Assembly: GCA_977017645.1 (NCBI GenBank)
Contig: OZ360225.1
Span: 2,108,001-2,172,000 of the forward strand
Reading direction: 5' to 3'
DNA from: Torpedo marmorata
Lineage: Eukaryota
DNA length: 64,000 bases
Below are positions 63,991 through 64,000 of the stretch, piece after piece (positions within the stretch are counted from its first letter, which is position 1; every line of letters begins with the position of its first letter). The position numbers were made by a program, and so were the translations under genes. Below the pieces are notes generated by a model, which worked only from the letters and a program-made list of their open reading frames with translations, had not been told where the DNA came from and made no database searches.

Positions 63991-64000
63991 GTTACAAATT

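Larger units (their letters stand above)
57606..64000 (+). mobile_element. BEL/Pao element BEL-2 (5' LTR, leader, SAP-Gag start; remainder masked by L1s or beyond the window)
   Basis: LTR start tgtaagggttaaaat, homologous to BEL-1; LTR 57606-57895 plus 60468-60602; leader hairpins; SAP MKVSELIEEL*NQQLKKNGNKAILQARLREDI at 61026-61121. Confidence 0.8.

Overview
Vertebrate, repeat-saturated DNA. The mix of CR1, Rex1/Babar, V-SINE and Penelope elements resembles cartilaginous-fish genomes (inference). No host exon could be supported. 1-42.7 kb is a patchwork of CR1, Rex1/Babar and L1 LINEs, tRNA-derived V-SINEs, Penelope fragments with hammerhead-like cores, Tigger/pogo, hAT and Chapaev-like DNA elements, a full Gypsy provirus (32482-37190) containing a solo LTR, and a near full-length CR1. 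42.7-64 kb holds two related BEL/Pao LTR elements inserted about 50 bp apart in that CR1 and invaded by about 10 L1 insertions. Main signals: (1) neither BEL element has a tRNA primer-binding site; the bases just after the LTR are complementary to a site inside the element's own LTR, with a compensatory change between the two elements, suggesting self-priming. (2) BEL-1 keeps SAP-Gag-protease, but RT/RNaseH/integrase is replaced by coiled-coil cargo that includes a MIPOL1-like fragment. (3) The Gypsy element also has a non-tRNA post-LTR segment, complementary to its own poly(A) signal. (4) One L1 junction carries a 331-bp patch matching a specific L1 copy 15.6 kb away. All coordinates were read by eye and family names come from recalled motifs, not database searches.
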